Assembly (NCBI GenBank): GCA_963847445.1
Contig: CAWJZV010000015.1
Span: forward strand, 192,001 to 256,000
Length of the DNA stretch: 64,000 nt
DNA from: an uncultured delta proteobacterium
GTDB lineage: Bacteria; Desulfobacterota; Binatia; UBA9968
Direction of reading: 5' to 3'
Shown here: piece after piece, positions 40,815 through 50,186 of the stretch
Layout of the letters: each line of letters opens with the position of its first letter
Numbering within the stretch: the stretch's first letter is position 1
Position numbers and translations under genes: made by a program
The notes under the pieces: generated by a model
What the model was told of the DNA's origin: nothing
What the model saw: the letters and a program-made list of their open reading frames with translations, nothing else
The model's database searches: none

Positions 40815-41573
40815 CTAGGTCGCCGTGAAGCGATGGCCAAACTGTTCGGCTTTGAAAAAGTCGGCGACATAATCGGTCGCCGGATGGCGCATGAGATTTT
40901 CCACCGTGTCGGCCTGCTCGAAGCGGCCGGCGTGCATGACCGCGATGCGGTCCGCGAGCGCGATGCCGTCGGCCAAGTTATGTGTGACATAGAGAGTCGT
41001 CAGGCGATTTTCTTTGTGAAATGACAGGATCTCCTGGCGCATCTTCAAGCGATTGGGCGGATCGATGTTGCTCAGCGGCTCGTCCATTAACATGATTTGC
41101 GGCGCGGTGACCATGGCGCGGCCGAGCGCGACGCGCTGTTGCTGGCCGCCGGAAAGTTCCGTGGGCTTGCGTTTAAAGAAGCTTTCCTCGATGCCGATTT
41201 TCCAAGCCAGGGGGCGAAGATACTCGGCGATCTTATCGCTCGACCATTTGCGCACCTTCAACGGCAGCGATAGATTCGAGTATTTACTTTCGTCAAATAC
41301 CTTCATGTGCGGCCAGAGGGCGTAGTTCTGAAAAATCATCTGCACGTTGCGCTGGCCCACCGGCACGTCGTTGACCGGAACGCCGCCGATGAAAATCGTG
41401 CCGCTGTCGGGCTTCTCCAAACCGGCGATGAGCCGCAGCGTGGTGGTCTTGCCACAGCCGCTCTCGCCGACGATGACCATGAACTCGCCGGCGTTGACAT
41501 CGAGGTTGGCCTGGTCCACTGCGCCGATGGCGCCGAACTTCTTGGTCAGTCTTCTAAGCGACAGCGAGATCAC
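40815..41573 (-). CDS. ABC transporter ATP-binding protein (MalK/PotA-like)
   Basis: GESGCGKT, FQNYAL, LSGGQQQR, MDEPLS and YVTH motifs. Confidence 0.93.
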   Translation of the reverse strand: MISLSLRRLTKKFGAIGAVDQANLDVNAGEFMVIVGESGCGKTTTLRLIAGLEKPDSGTIFIGGVPVNDVPVGQRNVQMIFQNYALWPHMKVFDESKYSNLSLPLKVRKWSSDKIAEYLRPLAWKIGIEESFFKRKPTELSGGQQQRVALGRAMVTAPQIMLMDEPLSNIDPPNRLKMRQEILSFHKENRLTTLYVTHNLADGIALADRIAVMHAGRFEQADTVENLMRHPATDYVADFFKAEQFGHRFTAT

Positions 41574-41626
41574 AGGATCATGCTAATACAAGGCTGGGGG
41601 GGAAAACAATATGAAGATTGGAGATA

Positions 41627-41663
41627 GATTCCAATCGTTCCAGAGGTTCCAGTTGTTCCCAAT
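41627..41663 (+). repeat. Four degenerate 9-mer GTTCCA tandem units
   Basis: gattccaatc gttccagag gttccagtt gttcccaat. Confidence 0.55.
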
Positions 41664-41750
41664 GCTCTAGGGTCACTGAGGCAGGGCTAGTCAACTTGGG
41701 TGTTGTTGGATATATTGGCGCCACTTGAATTCGGAACTGGTGGAGGACTT

Positions 41751-42503
41751 ATGGCTGGCTTACTTGGACCAGAAGATTTAATTGCGGATTTGCAACAGAC
41801 GTTGCAGCAGCGTCATCCGCGGCCCCATCCGATCCGCCAGTTGCTCCTGAGCGGCAGGCTCACCAAGGAGCAAATGCAGTGGTGGGCGCGCAATCAGTTT
41901 CACGAGTTTCGTAATATCCATCGATTTTTCGGCATCCGCTATCACAAATGTCCCATTCCCGAGCTGCGCCGGATGCTTCTGGAAAACATGGTGGAGGAAG
42001 AGGGCGAGGATCTCTTTGGCGGCAAGTATCCGAGCCATCGCGAGCTCTGGGTGCAGTTCGCCAACGGCCTGGGCATTGCCAGCGACGATATTAACAACTA
42101 CGAGCCGTTGCCCGGCATACGCGCCGCGCTGGAAATGTATGTGTCGCTGGTGCAGCAGAGCCATTGGGCGGTGGCCATCGGTACCGGGCTAGTCTTCGAA
42201 GGCGGCGGGCCGAAGCGGATGAAAGAGGAGCGCGAAGCGATCGAGAAATATTACCGATGGATTTCCGTCGATTGCCTGGATTTTTTCCGTGCCCATGAGT
42301 ACCACGACGAAGGCCATGGCGATATGGTGACCGATGTCATCAAGCGGCACTGTATGGAAGAAAAGCTGCAACACGAAATGCGCGAAGCGGTACGCCAGCG
42401 CGCCGATATCATGTGGCTGCAGAATGACTGCATTTATAATGCTTTTGTCCGGCCGCAGTTGTCGGGCGACGTGATTGGTGAGATCGAAGGACGGTTGGAA
42501 TAA
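41751..42503 (+). CDS. Heme-oxygenase-like diiron protein (PqqC/TenA/CADD superfamily)
   Basis: HP...[16 protein letters not shown]...[11 protein letters not shown], and [12 protein letters not shown] metal ligands; RBS GGAGG. Confidence 0.85.
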   Translation: MAGLLGPEDLIADLQQTLQQRHPRPHPIRQLLLSGRLTKEQMQWWARNQFHEFRNIHRFFGIRYHKCPIPELRRMLLENMVEEEGEDLFGGKYPSHRELWVQFANGLGIASDDINNYEPLPGIRAALEMYVSLVQQSHWAVAIGTGLVFEGGGPKRMKEEREAIEKYYRWISVDCLDFFRAHEYHDEGHGDMVTDVIKRHCMEEKLQHEMREAVRQRADIMWLQNDCIYNAFVRPQLSGDVIGEIEGRLE

Positions 42504-42504
42504 C

Positions 42505-42540
42505 CGTTCAACGGTTCAAAAGTTCAAAGTTCAACGTTCG
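42505..42540 (+). repeat. GTTCAA tandem repeat
   Basis: cgttcaac ggttcaaa agttcaa agttcaa cgttcg, directly after a stop codon. Confidence 0.75.
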
Positions 42541-42555
42541 GAATGCTCGGACACC

Positions 42556-43603
42556 ATGACTGATAAGACCATCGATCTGCGCAGCGATACGGTCACGAAA
42601 CCCTCGGCGGCGATGCGGCGCGCCATGGCGGAGGCCGAGGTCGGCGACGATGTTTACATTGAAGATCCGACGGTCAATCGCTTGCAGGACCGCGCGGCGG
42701 AAATATTCGGCCGCGAGGCAGGGCTGTTCGTACCTTCCGGTTCCATGGGCAATCTCACTTGCATCATGGCGCAGACCAACGCGCGGCCAGGAAGTAATCT
42801 GTGAGGCAGCGGGCCATATTTACAATTACGAGATGGCCTCAATGGCGGCGTTGGCCGGGGTCTTGCCGCGGGTGATTCCGACTGGCGATGGCATCATGAC
42901 CTGGGAGCAGATTGCGCCGGCGATTCGGGAGAAAACTTACACGCGCCCACAAACCGCATTGGTCGCTTTGGAGAACACGCACAACATGGCCGGCGGCACG
43001 GTCTATCCGACCCGGCTGACGCACGCGATCTGCGCCAAGGCTCACGATGCTGGTTTGAAAGTGCATCTCGACGGCGCGCGGGTGTTCAATGCCGCGGTGC
43101 ATCTCGGCCAAAACGTCGCCGAGATCACCAAGAAATTTGATTCAGTGCAGTTTTGTTTCAGCAAAGGTTTGGGCGCGCCGGTGGGGTCGATGATCGTCGG
43201 CAGCAGGGATCTCATCGAGCATTGCCGGGTAATCCGCAAGATGCTTGGCGGCGGCATGCGTCAGGTGGGTGTGATTGCCGCTGCTGCTGCGGTCGCGTTG
43301 GAAGAGGGACCGAAGCGGTTATATATCGATCACGAGAATGCGCAACTGCTGGCCCAAGGATTGGCCAACATCCCGCGCATCCGCATCCAAGTGGAAAAAG
43401 TTCAGACCAATATCGTCATCTATGATGTTGGCGAGACCGGACTGGATGCGTCTGAGTTTCTCAAGCGATTGCGGCAGCGCAATGTCCTCGGCGGCCCGGT
43501 GGATTCGCGCAGAGTGCGAATGGTCACTCATCTCGACGTCGATCGGGGCGATATTGAGCAGGCGCTGAGCGCGATCGGTGAGGTAGTTGGGCAGGGGTTC
43601 TAA
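42556..43603 (+). CDS. ltaE: Low-specificity L-threonine aldolase; one frameshift
   Basis: [43 protein letters not shown] with the PLP Lys, and GGGMRQ motifs. Confidence 0.92.
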
Positions 43604-43611
43604 ATCTATCC

Positions 43612-43707
43612 AATTGCTCTCACCGCAGCCTGCTCCCGCAAGCGGGCGAGGGGGCAATTAAAGAAGAAACTTGCTTGAGTGTCATCCCGAACGAATGTGA
43701 GGGATCT
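43612..43707. repeat. Two adjacent palindromic repeat units between convergent genes
   Basis: AATTGCTCTCACCGCAGCCTGCTCCCGCAAGCGGGCGAGGGGGCAATT hairpin, and GTCATCCCGAACGAATGTGAGGGATCT (43681-43707). Confidence 0.65.
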
Positions 43708-43764
43708 CGTCTTCTTTCAAGACTTCTCGTCAGATCACTTTCCCGGAATAGTAACCGACTCGCA

Positions 43765-44256
43765 CTATCCGCCTTGGGCTTTGCGCTTTTTGGTACCGCG
43801 AATCGAGCTCAACGCATCGACCGCGGCGATTCTCCCGATGGGGCCGGTGGCGAAGCAGGCTTGGAGTACCTTGCGGTCCGGGCCGAGGGTGAAATTCGTC
43901 GCGTGAATGATGCCACGCCGTTCTTCCCAGTAGGCGCCGACGCGGTCGGCATCTTCCGGTACTTTGAGGCCATAACCGATCGGAAACATCGCGCCGGTTT
44001 TTGCGACCATCTCTTGGGCTTTATCGAGCGGATCTACTGACAGGGCGACGATGTCGGTGTTCTCGGCTGTGAATTCTTCTAAATGTGCTTGGTAGTCGGC
44101 AACCTGCCGAACGCAGTAGGGTCACCAAATGCCGCGATAATAGATGATGACGGCGTAATCGCCTTTGAGGTCCTTGGGAATGGATAACGTCGATCCGCTG
44201 ACGGTGGGAACTTTAAATTCTGGAAATTCATCGCCGGGGTTGAGTTGTTTTGCCAT
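43765..44256 (-). CDS. Peroxiredoxin-like (AhpC/TSA) selenoprotein with UxxC motif, 163 aa
   Basis: ATG 44256 after AGGAG. Reads MAKQLNPGDEFPEF...YYRGIW-(TGA 44124-44122)-PYCVRQVADY... in frame to stop 43765. The TGA sits at the first Cys of the WCPxC motif. Confidence 0.88.
44095..44112 (-). promoter_or_regulatory. Bacterial SECIS-like hairpin
   Basis: mRNA UGA CCCUACUGC GUUCGGCAGGUUGCCGAC: stem UCGGC/GCCGA with AGGUU loop and a bulged U, starting about 10 nt after the UGA. Confidence 0.7.
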
Positions 44257-44305
44257 TGTCACTCCTTCTGTAGTTTACGAGCCGAACCTCCGGAGTGGTT
44301 CGTCG

Positions 44306-45320
44306 AGCGTTGGCGGAGACCACGGCGCTGCTGGTTTTGAAAAAAAAAGCGGACTTGATCTGGGGCAGCGGGGAGAACGAGTGAGTGTAGAAGATCGGCA
44401 AAGCTGTATCGAGATGGTCCAGCAAGCTAAAGCCAGTGGTGCGGGGCGGCGAGCGAGTTGCGAAGTGCTGGAGGTGAGCCTGCGGACGTTGGAGCGCTGG
44501 GAGAAAGCCCCGCAACAGGGGGATCAGAGACGCGGGCCGGTGACCGCTTGTGCGCACGCGCTAAGCACACAGGAGAAACAAGCCATCGTCAAGGAGTCGA
44601 GTAGCCCTGAGTATCGCGATCTATCGCCGTGGCAGATGGTGGCTCGCTTAGCCGACGCGGGACGGTATCTGGGATCGGAGAGCAGTTTTTACCGGTTGCT
44701 AAAACAAAACGATCTATTATCGCACCGCCAACAGAGTAAGCCCCGTGTCCATAGCCGGCCTAAGGATTTACTGGCGAGAAATCCCAATGAGGTGTGGAGC
44801 TGGGATATCACGTATCTGAACAGTCCGGTCCGGGGAGCCTATTACTATCTGTACCTGGTGGAAGATATTTTCAGCCGGATGATCGTGGGTTGGAGCGATT
44901 GAAGAAGTCGAGAGTGCCGATCATGCGGGTCGGCTGATCGACCGGATCTGCCGAGAGCAAGGGATTGCCAAAGGACAGCTGAGACTTCACTCCGACAATG
45001 GCGCACCGATGAAAGGAGCCACCCTGCTGGCGACTCTAGAGCGGCTGGGAGTGGTTCCCTCTTTTAGTCGTCCCTCGGTAAGCGATGATAATCCGTATTC
45101 GGAGTCGTTGTTCAAGACGCTGAAGTACCGTCCTTCTTATCCCGACAGCGCTTTTAGCGGGATCGATGAAGCCAGAGAATGGGTGAGTCGCTTTGTAAAG
45201 TGGTACAACACCGAGCATCTTCATAGCGCGATCCGCTTTGTCACGCCCGAACTCGCGACACCTGGGATTGGACCCAGCGATTTTAGCCAAGCGCACGGTC
45301 GTGTATGAAAAGGCGAAACA
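44306..45320 (+). mobile_element. Truncated IS3-family element (end of orfA plus orfB DDE transposase)
   Basis: ALAETTALLVLKKKADLIWG with an A9G slippery run at 44340-44349; orfB motifs PNEVWSWDITYL, EDIFSR, HSDNG, DNPYSESLFKTLK and YNTEHLHS. No terminal inverted repeats seen. Confidence 0.9.
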
Positions 45321-45408
45321 CAAGCTCAGCACGAACGGGAAACCGGAACGTGACATGTCCGAATCATTCCATTCACACCCTCAGCTTAGTCGCAGGGCTC
45401 CGATGATT

Positions 45409-46327
45409 TTATCCGGCTAAGCCCAATAGCTTCGCCGCATTACCGCCGAGCACTTTTTGTTTGTCTGCGTCGGAAATCTTCAACTGCTTCACCGTATCGA
45501 CGGCGCGCACCAGTGTGATCGGCACCGGCGGCGTGTCGCTGCCGAAGACCACTTGATCGATGCCAATCGTATCGATGGCGCATTGCACGGCGGGCGGGTG
45601 ATAGCAGACGGTGTCGAAGAAGAGCTGTTTCATGTAGCTCGCCGGCGCGCGGGTCATGACGTCGGGCTCCCAGGGGCCGAAGCTGTCGTCTTTTCTTAAT
45701 TCATAGCCGAAGCCGTAACGGCCTGGCAGCATCGCCAGCGCGCCGCCGACATGGGCGCAGACGATTTTGAGCTTGGGAAATTTCTCGAAGCCGCCGGTGA
45801 AGATGAAGCGGGTCAACGACAGCGTGGTATCGAAAGGGCGGCCGAGCATTTCCGGCAGGCGGTACATTTCCATCTTCTCGTTACCGATGGTGAATTTCGG
45901 CGGATGGACGAAGACGGGGACATTCAGATCGCTGACCATCTCGAAAAACGGCGTCGCCCGCGGCGAGTCGAGATATTCGCCGTTGGTGCTGGAGTTGATC
46001 ATGATGCCCTTGAGCTTGTACTCGCGAATGGCTTTTTCAGTCTCTTTGAGAATCGGCCCGCTGTCGTAGGGCACCGAGCAGGCGAGGCCAAGCAGTCGTT
46101 CCGGATGCTTGGCGGTGAGTTCGGCGGCGTGGACGTTGAACTCCTGGACGACCTTCAAACGGATCGTAGCCGTCCGGTGAGCGTATCCAGTTGTTGCCGA
46201 ACACCGTGATATCGACGCCGGACTTGTCCTGTTCGTCGAACAAATGCGGCAGATCGAACATCCACTTGGGCGATTTCGGATGAAACCAACTTTGCGGCAC
46301 TAAATGAGCGTGGCAGTCGATGATCAT
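45409..46327 (-). CDS. Amidohydrolase family protein (ACMSD-like); one frameshift
   Basis: IIDCHAH, VFVHP, AHVGG, FFDT, FGSD and GGNAAKLL motifs. Confidence 0.9.
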
Positions 46328-46434
46328 GTTTCAAATACCTCTCGTGACGGCAGATTATGGTTGGGGGTGGCAAAAGTCAAAATGCTACTTGATTGCCGGG
46401 TGTCGGTCGCTGCGCTCCGCTCGTTCTACGAAGA

Positions 46435-46851
46435 TTATGCCGTGGCGGTCGCTAGCGCCTGCGCCGTATCAAAGAACTCGAAAAACTCGCAGATCTTGCC
46501 GTCCCGGAACTTGTGGAAATCGGCTTTGGGTGTAACGAGAATCTTGCCGGTCTTTTTATGCTTGAACGACACCTGGCCGAGGGCGACGACCCGGTCGCCT
46601 TGGGCGATGTATTCGTCAACGCGGTAGTAGATCATTTCCCACTCGTTTGTCAGTCCAGCGAAGTATTGCTTCACGTCGTCCTTGCAGCTGGCGGGACGGG
46701 TGAATTGCATTTCCACGGCTCCGGCGGCGAGGGAGCGGAACTGCACGTCGTCGGTCATCAAGTTCAACCAGTGATCAACGCTGCCGGCTTTAGTATCGTG
46801 CCAGCGTTGATAAGCATCCTTCAGTGTCGCAACATTCGATTCCGTACTCAT
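46435..46851 (-). CDS. Nuclear transport factor 2 / SnoaL-like protein
   Basis: NVATLKDAY, IAQGDRVVALG and FRDGKICEFFEFFDT motifs. Confidence 0.88.
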   Translation of the reverse strand: MSTESNVATLKDAYQRWHDTKAGSVDHWLNLMTDDVQFRSLAAGAVEMQFTRPASCKDDVKQYFAGLTNEWEMIYYRVDEYIAQGDRVVALGQVSFKHKKTGKILVTPKADFHKFRDGKICEFFEFFDTAQALATATA

Positions 46852-46946
46852 GGTTTCGCTCCCTTCTATGCCTCGTCGATAGCGTCAGTCATAGCAAATT
46901 CTGCGGCCGTGGGGCAGGGCTGTGCACTGTCTCAGCTTGGTTGCGC

Positions 46947-47267
46947 CTAGGATGAAGAGGTCAGCTTGAGGCCGACGATACCAGCGACGATTACGCCGAT
47001 GCAGAAGAGCCGAGGCAAGGCCGCCGATTCCGAAAACAGCACGATGCCGAGGATTGCTGTTCCAGCGGCGCCGATGCCGGTCCAGATGGCGTACCCGGTG
47101 CCGACGGGAATAGTTTTGAGAGCTTGCGCGAGAAAATAGAAGCTCGCCGTCATTCCGACTACCGTTACAACGCTCCATCGAAGATTGCTGAACCCTTCTG
47201 TGTGTTTAAGGCTAATCGCCCAAAAGATTTCTAAAAGCCCAGCGATGTATAGGTAAATCCATGCCAT
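46947..47267 (-). CDS. sugE: SMR family efflux protein (SugE/Gdx type)
   Basis: MAWIYLYIAGLLEIFWAISLK, IPVGTGYAIWTGIG and GIVGLKL motifs. Confidence 0.88.
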   Translation of the reverse strand: MAWIYLYIAGLLEIFWAISLKHTEGFSNLRWSVVTVVGMTASFYFLAQALKTIPVGTGYAIWTGIGAAGTAILGIVLFSESAALPRLFCIGVIVAGIVGLKLTSSS

Positions 47268-47315
47268 GGTGAACTCCTAACACTTGAAAGTAACCCTCTG
47301 TCGTCCGGCGCGACG

Positions 47316-47862
47316 TCACTGATTGAGCGCGTTGTCATGATCCCGAGGGATGACGGTTTCCAAGGAGCCAAGCTTGCTTGCCGGTCTCGATCGGCATCGC
47401 AACTCTGTCTCCCATCCTTTTGTGCCATGTTTGCCGACACGGACACCGGCAACAGCGACCACCGGCTTCACGTCACCGTCGTAATAATCGAAGAGGATGT
47501 AGCGAGAATCCTGGTTGTCGAAGCTGATTTCGGTGCGATCTACCTGGGCCCTGAAGTAATGGGCGTAGCGAAAAGCAAGTTGTGTGTTGGCGCGTGCCTG
47601 GGGGAATTGCAGCTCGATGGCGCCGGGATTGCCGTAGCGGTACTGCAAGTAACCGCGGCGATGATCGAGGCAGCCGGGAACCGCACAATGAGACGAATTT
47701 TGCCGAACCGGCCGCCACGCAAGTGAATATGATTTGCTCCTCGGCGCGGCATAGTGATGGGGGTTGAACCACCGTTGCCATTTCCGCGGCGAATAGGCTT
47801 GCCGCAGGTCGCAGCAAGGTCGCGATGAGTAAAATCGAAAGACCGACTTTTCTAACGATCAT
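47316..47862 (-). CDS. Secreted hypothetical protein; one frameshift
   Basis: ATG overlaps the lspA stop. Signal peptide, SLC...EQIIFTC...KFVSLC, then LQYRYG...ELQFP in the next frame. Confidence 0.65.
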
Positions 47863-48368
47863 TGCTTCTCGGGCAGTTCCGCCGATCTCGAACTTCGAAA
47901 ACTCTCCAGCAGCATCAGCAGGGCGCCGAAGGTGATGGCCATGTCGGCGATGTTGAATATACCGGTGCGCAGCGGGCCGATGCCGACGTTGAGGAAATCG
48001 ACCACCCGGCCGTCGTAGGCGATGCGATCGATCAGATTGCTGAGACCGCCGGCGCAGATGAATGACAAACATTTGGTGGCAAAAGAGGTTAGCTCGCTGC
48101 TTCGCAGCAGATAAACCAGCAATGCCAAGAGAAATATCCCGACCAGGACGGTAAAAATTAAGTGGCGCCAGGGATCGGGTATCGTCGAACCGAGGCCCAA
48201 GAAGGCGCCGCTATTTTCGGCGTACTGTAGCCGAAAGGTGTCGCCGGCGTAAGAAAAGAAATCACCGGCCCGAAGATATCGCTTGGCGATGAACTTGGTC
48301 ACTTGATCGCAAACGATGCAGGTCAGCGTAATCAAAAAAATTACAGTCGTTCTTGGCAGTCTCGTCAT
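47859..48368 (-). CDS. lspA: Lipoprotein signal peptidase (signal peptidase II)
   Basis: DQVTK, ENSGAF, GGLSNLIDR, VVDF and FNIAD, with both catalytic Asp residues. Confidence 0.93.
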   Translation of the reverse strand: MTRLPRTTVIFLITLTCIVCDQVTKFIAKRYLRAGDFFSYAGDTFRLQYAENSGAFLGLGSTIPDPWRHLIFTVLVGIFLLALLVYLLRSSELTSFATKCLSFICAGGLSNLIDRIAYDGRVVDFLNVGIGPLRTGIFNIADMAITFGALLMLLESFRSSRSAELPEKQ

Positions 48369-48414
48369 ACTCGCCCTTTGGTAACGTTTCTTGCTTCATG
48401 TTACAACCGGCGCA

Positions 48415-50183
48415 ATGGCGCGGTCGAAACAACAACTTGCTCGTTTGATTCGCGGCGCGCTGGGCGAGGTGAAAGCGGATCTCATGGTCAGCGGCGGCAA
48501 GCTGATCAACGTTTATTCCGGTGAAATTCTAGAAGGTGTCGAGATCGCCGTGCTCGACGGACGGATTTGCTACGTGGGCTCCACGCCAAGCATACCCGCG
48601 GCGAGCACACAGAGGTGCTCGATGCTTCCGGTTGTTACATCTCGCCCGGTTTTATAGACGGTCATACTCATATCGGTCATTACGCTCGGCCCTTTGAAAA
48701 TCTCCAATCGTTTCTGCCGCACGGAACCACCTCGCTGGTTGCGTCCTGTGACGAATTGTCAAGCGTCTTCGGCCTGCGCGGCTTGAAACTTTTTCTTGAC
48801 GAAGTCGAAAAGCATCCATTGCGGGTCTACACGCTGGTCTCCATGGCAGCCCCCCAGGACCCACTGTTGTGCAGCACGGCGGAATTTACCAACGAAGAGA
48901 TCGCCGCGGCGCTGGACGATGCCCGCGTGCTCGGCATGGGCGAGATCGTCTCCTGGCTGCGGTTGACGCAATGCGACGATGAACTGCTCGGCGCGCTTGG
49001 AGTTGGCCTCGCGGCGCGGTCAGATAGTGCATGGCCACACCGCCGGCGCGCGCGATCAAAAACTCTGCGCGGTGGCCGCCACCGGCATCTCTTCTTGTCA
49101 TGAACCGATTCGCTTTGAGGATGCGCTGGAGCGGTTGCGCTTGGGCTACTGGACCATGCTGCGCGAAGGCTCGTTGCGCCAAGACTTGGCGACCACGCTG
49201 CCGGAATTGATCGCCTCAGGCGTGAGCCTGCAGCGGCTGATTCTCGTCACCGATAGCATGACGCCGGATGATGTCGCCGAGCACGGCCATATGGATCATG
49301 TCGTGCGGCGAGCTGTCGCGTTGGGACTTTCGCCGCTGCAAGCGATTCAATCGCGTAACCCTCAATCCCGCGGTTTACTCGGGCATTGAACAGGATGTCG
49401 GCGGCATTGCGCCGGGACGCTTCGCCGATCTCGCTTTGCTCGACGATCTTGACCCGTGCCATGTGCGCGAGGTGCGGTGGGCGGGAAGCGCGTAGCCGGC
49501 AATGGCGTGTCGGAATTTCACGGTGAAGCGATGGCGCTGCCCCAGGATCTGCTGTGTTCGTTGCGCGTCGGCTTGCCGATTTCGCATGCCGTGTTCAAGA
49601 TTGCCGCTCCACAAGCTAATCCCAAAGTGCGTGTGATGGAGCTGGTGAACCAGACGATCACGGCGCAGCGGATTGTCGAGTTCAACGCGGCCAATGGTTT
49701 CGTCGAGGCGAGTCTTTACGACGACATTCTCAAAGTCGCGATGTTCGACCGGCATGGGCAGATCGCCGCAAGTTGCCTTCGGTTTTCTCAATGGATTAGG
49801 CGCAAAAGTCGGCGCCGTCGGTCTGACGACCAACCTGGATGAAAATACCTTGATGATCGTCGGCAGCGACGATGCTGACATGGCACGGTGCGCTAATGTT
49901 TTACTGGAGGTCGGCGGCGGGATGGCGATCGTCGATGGCGGTCAGGTGGTGGAGAAACTGGAATTTCCCGTTGGCGGAATTTTTTCGTTGTTTCCGTGGC
50001 AGGAAATCGGCACGGGGATGCGGCGCATTCAAGGCCGTCTAAAAGAAATGGGCTCGTCTCTCGACAAGCCCATTTTTGCTTTGAATCTTCTTGCCGTTCG
50101 TGACCTTGCCGGCGCTGCGGATTACCGCGCGTGGTTTGGTGAACGCGAAAGAGCGGAGGATAGTGCCGCTGTTCGCGGACTGA
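48415..50183 (+). CDS. ade: Adenine deaminase; several frameshifts
   Basis: PGFIDGHTHI, HGTT, HGHT, CHE, REGS, VTD, GHMD, GGIAPGRFADL and an Adenine_deam_C-like tail. Confidence 0.85.
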
Positions 50184-50186
50184 AGC

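Noticed and set aside
10959-42540. GTTCAA arrays as a CRISPR array or tRNA fragments
   Set aside because: The period is only 7-9 bp with no unique spacers and no cas genes. The match to the tRNA T-loop is limited to six bases with no cloverleaf.
44165-44305. N-terminal extension of the 44165-44902 ORF as part of the transposase
   Set aside because: It is the antisense of the selenoprotein 5' region; IS similarity starts only near 44306.
44340-44349. A9G run as a novel recoding signal
   Set aside because: An A-rich -1 frameshift site between orfA and orfB is standard for IS3-family elements.
47268-47320. Guanidine riboswitch upstream of sugE (contains CCGGACGA)
   Set aside because: The gap is only 48 nt. 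I see neither the paired twin ACGR hairpins of guanidine-II nor the rest of the guanidine-III consensus. An Infernal/Rfam scan would be decisive.
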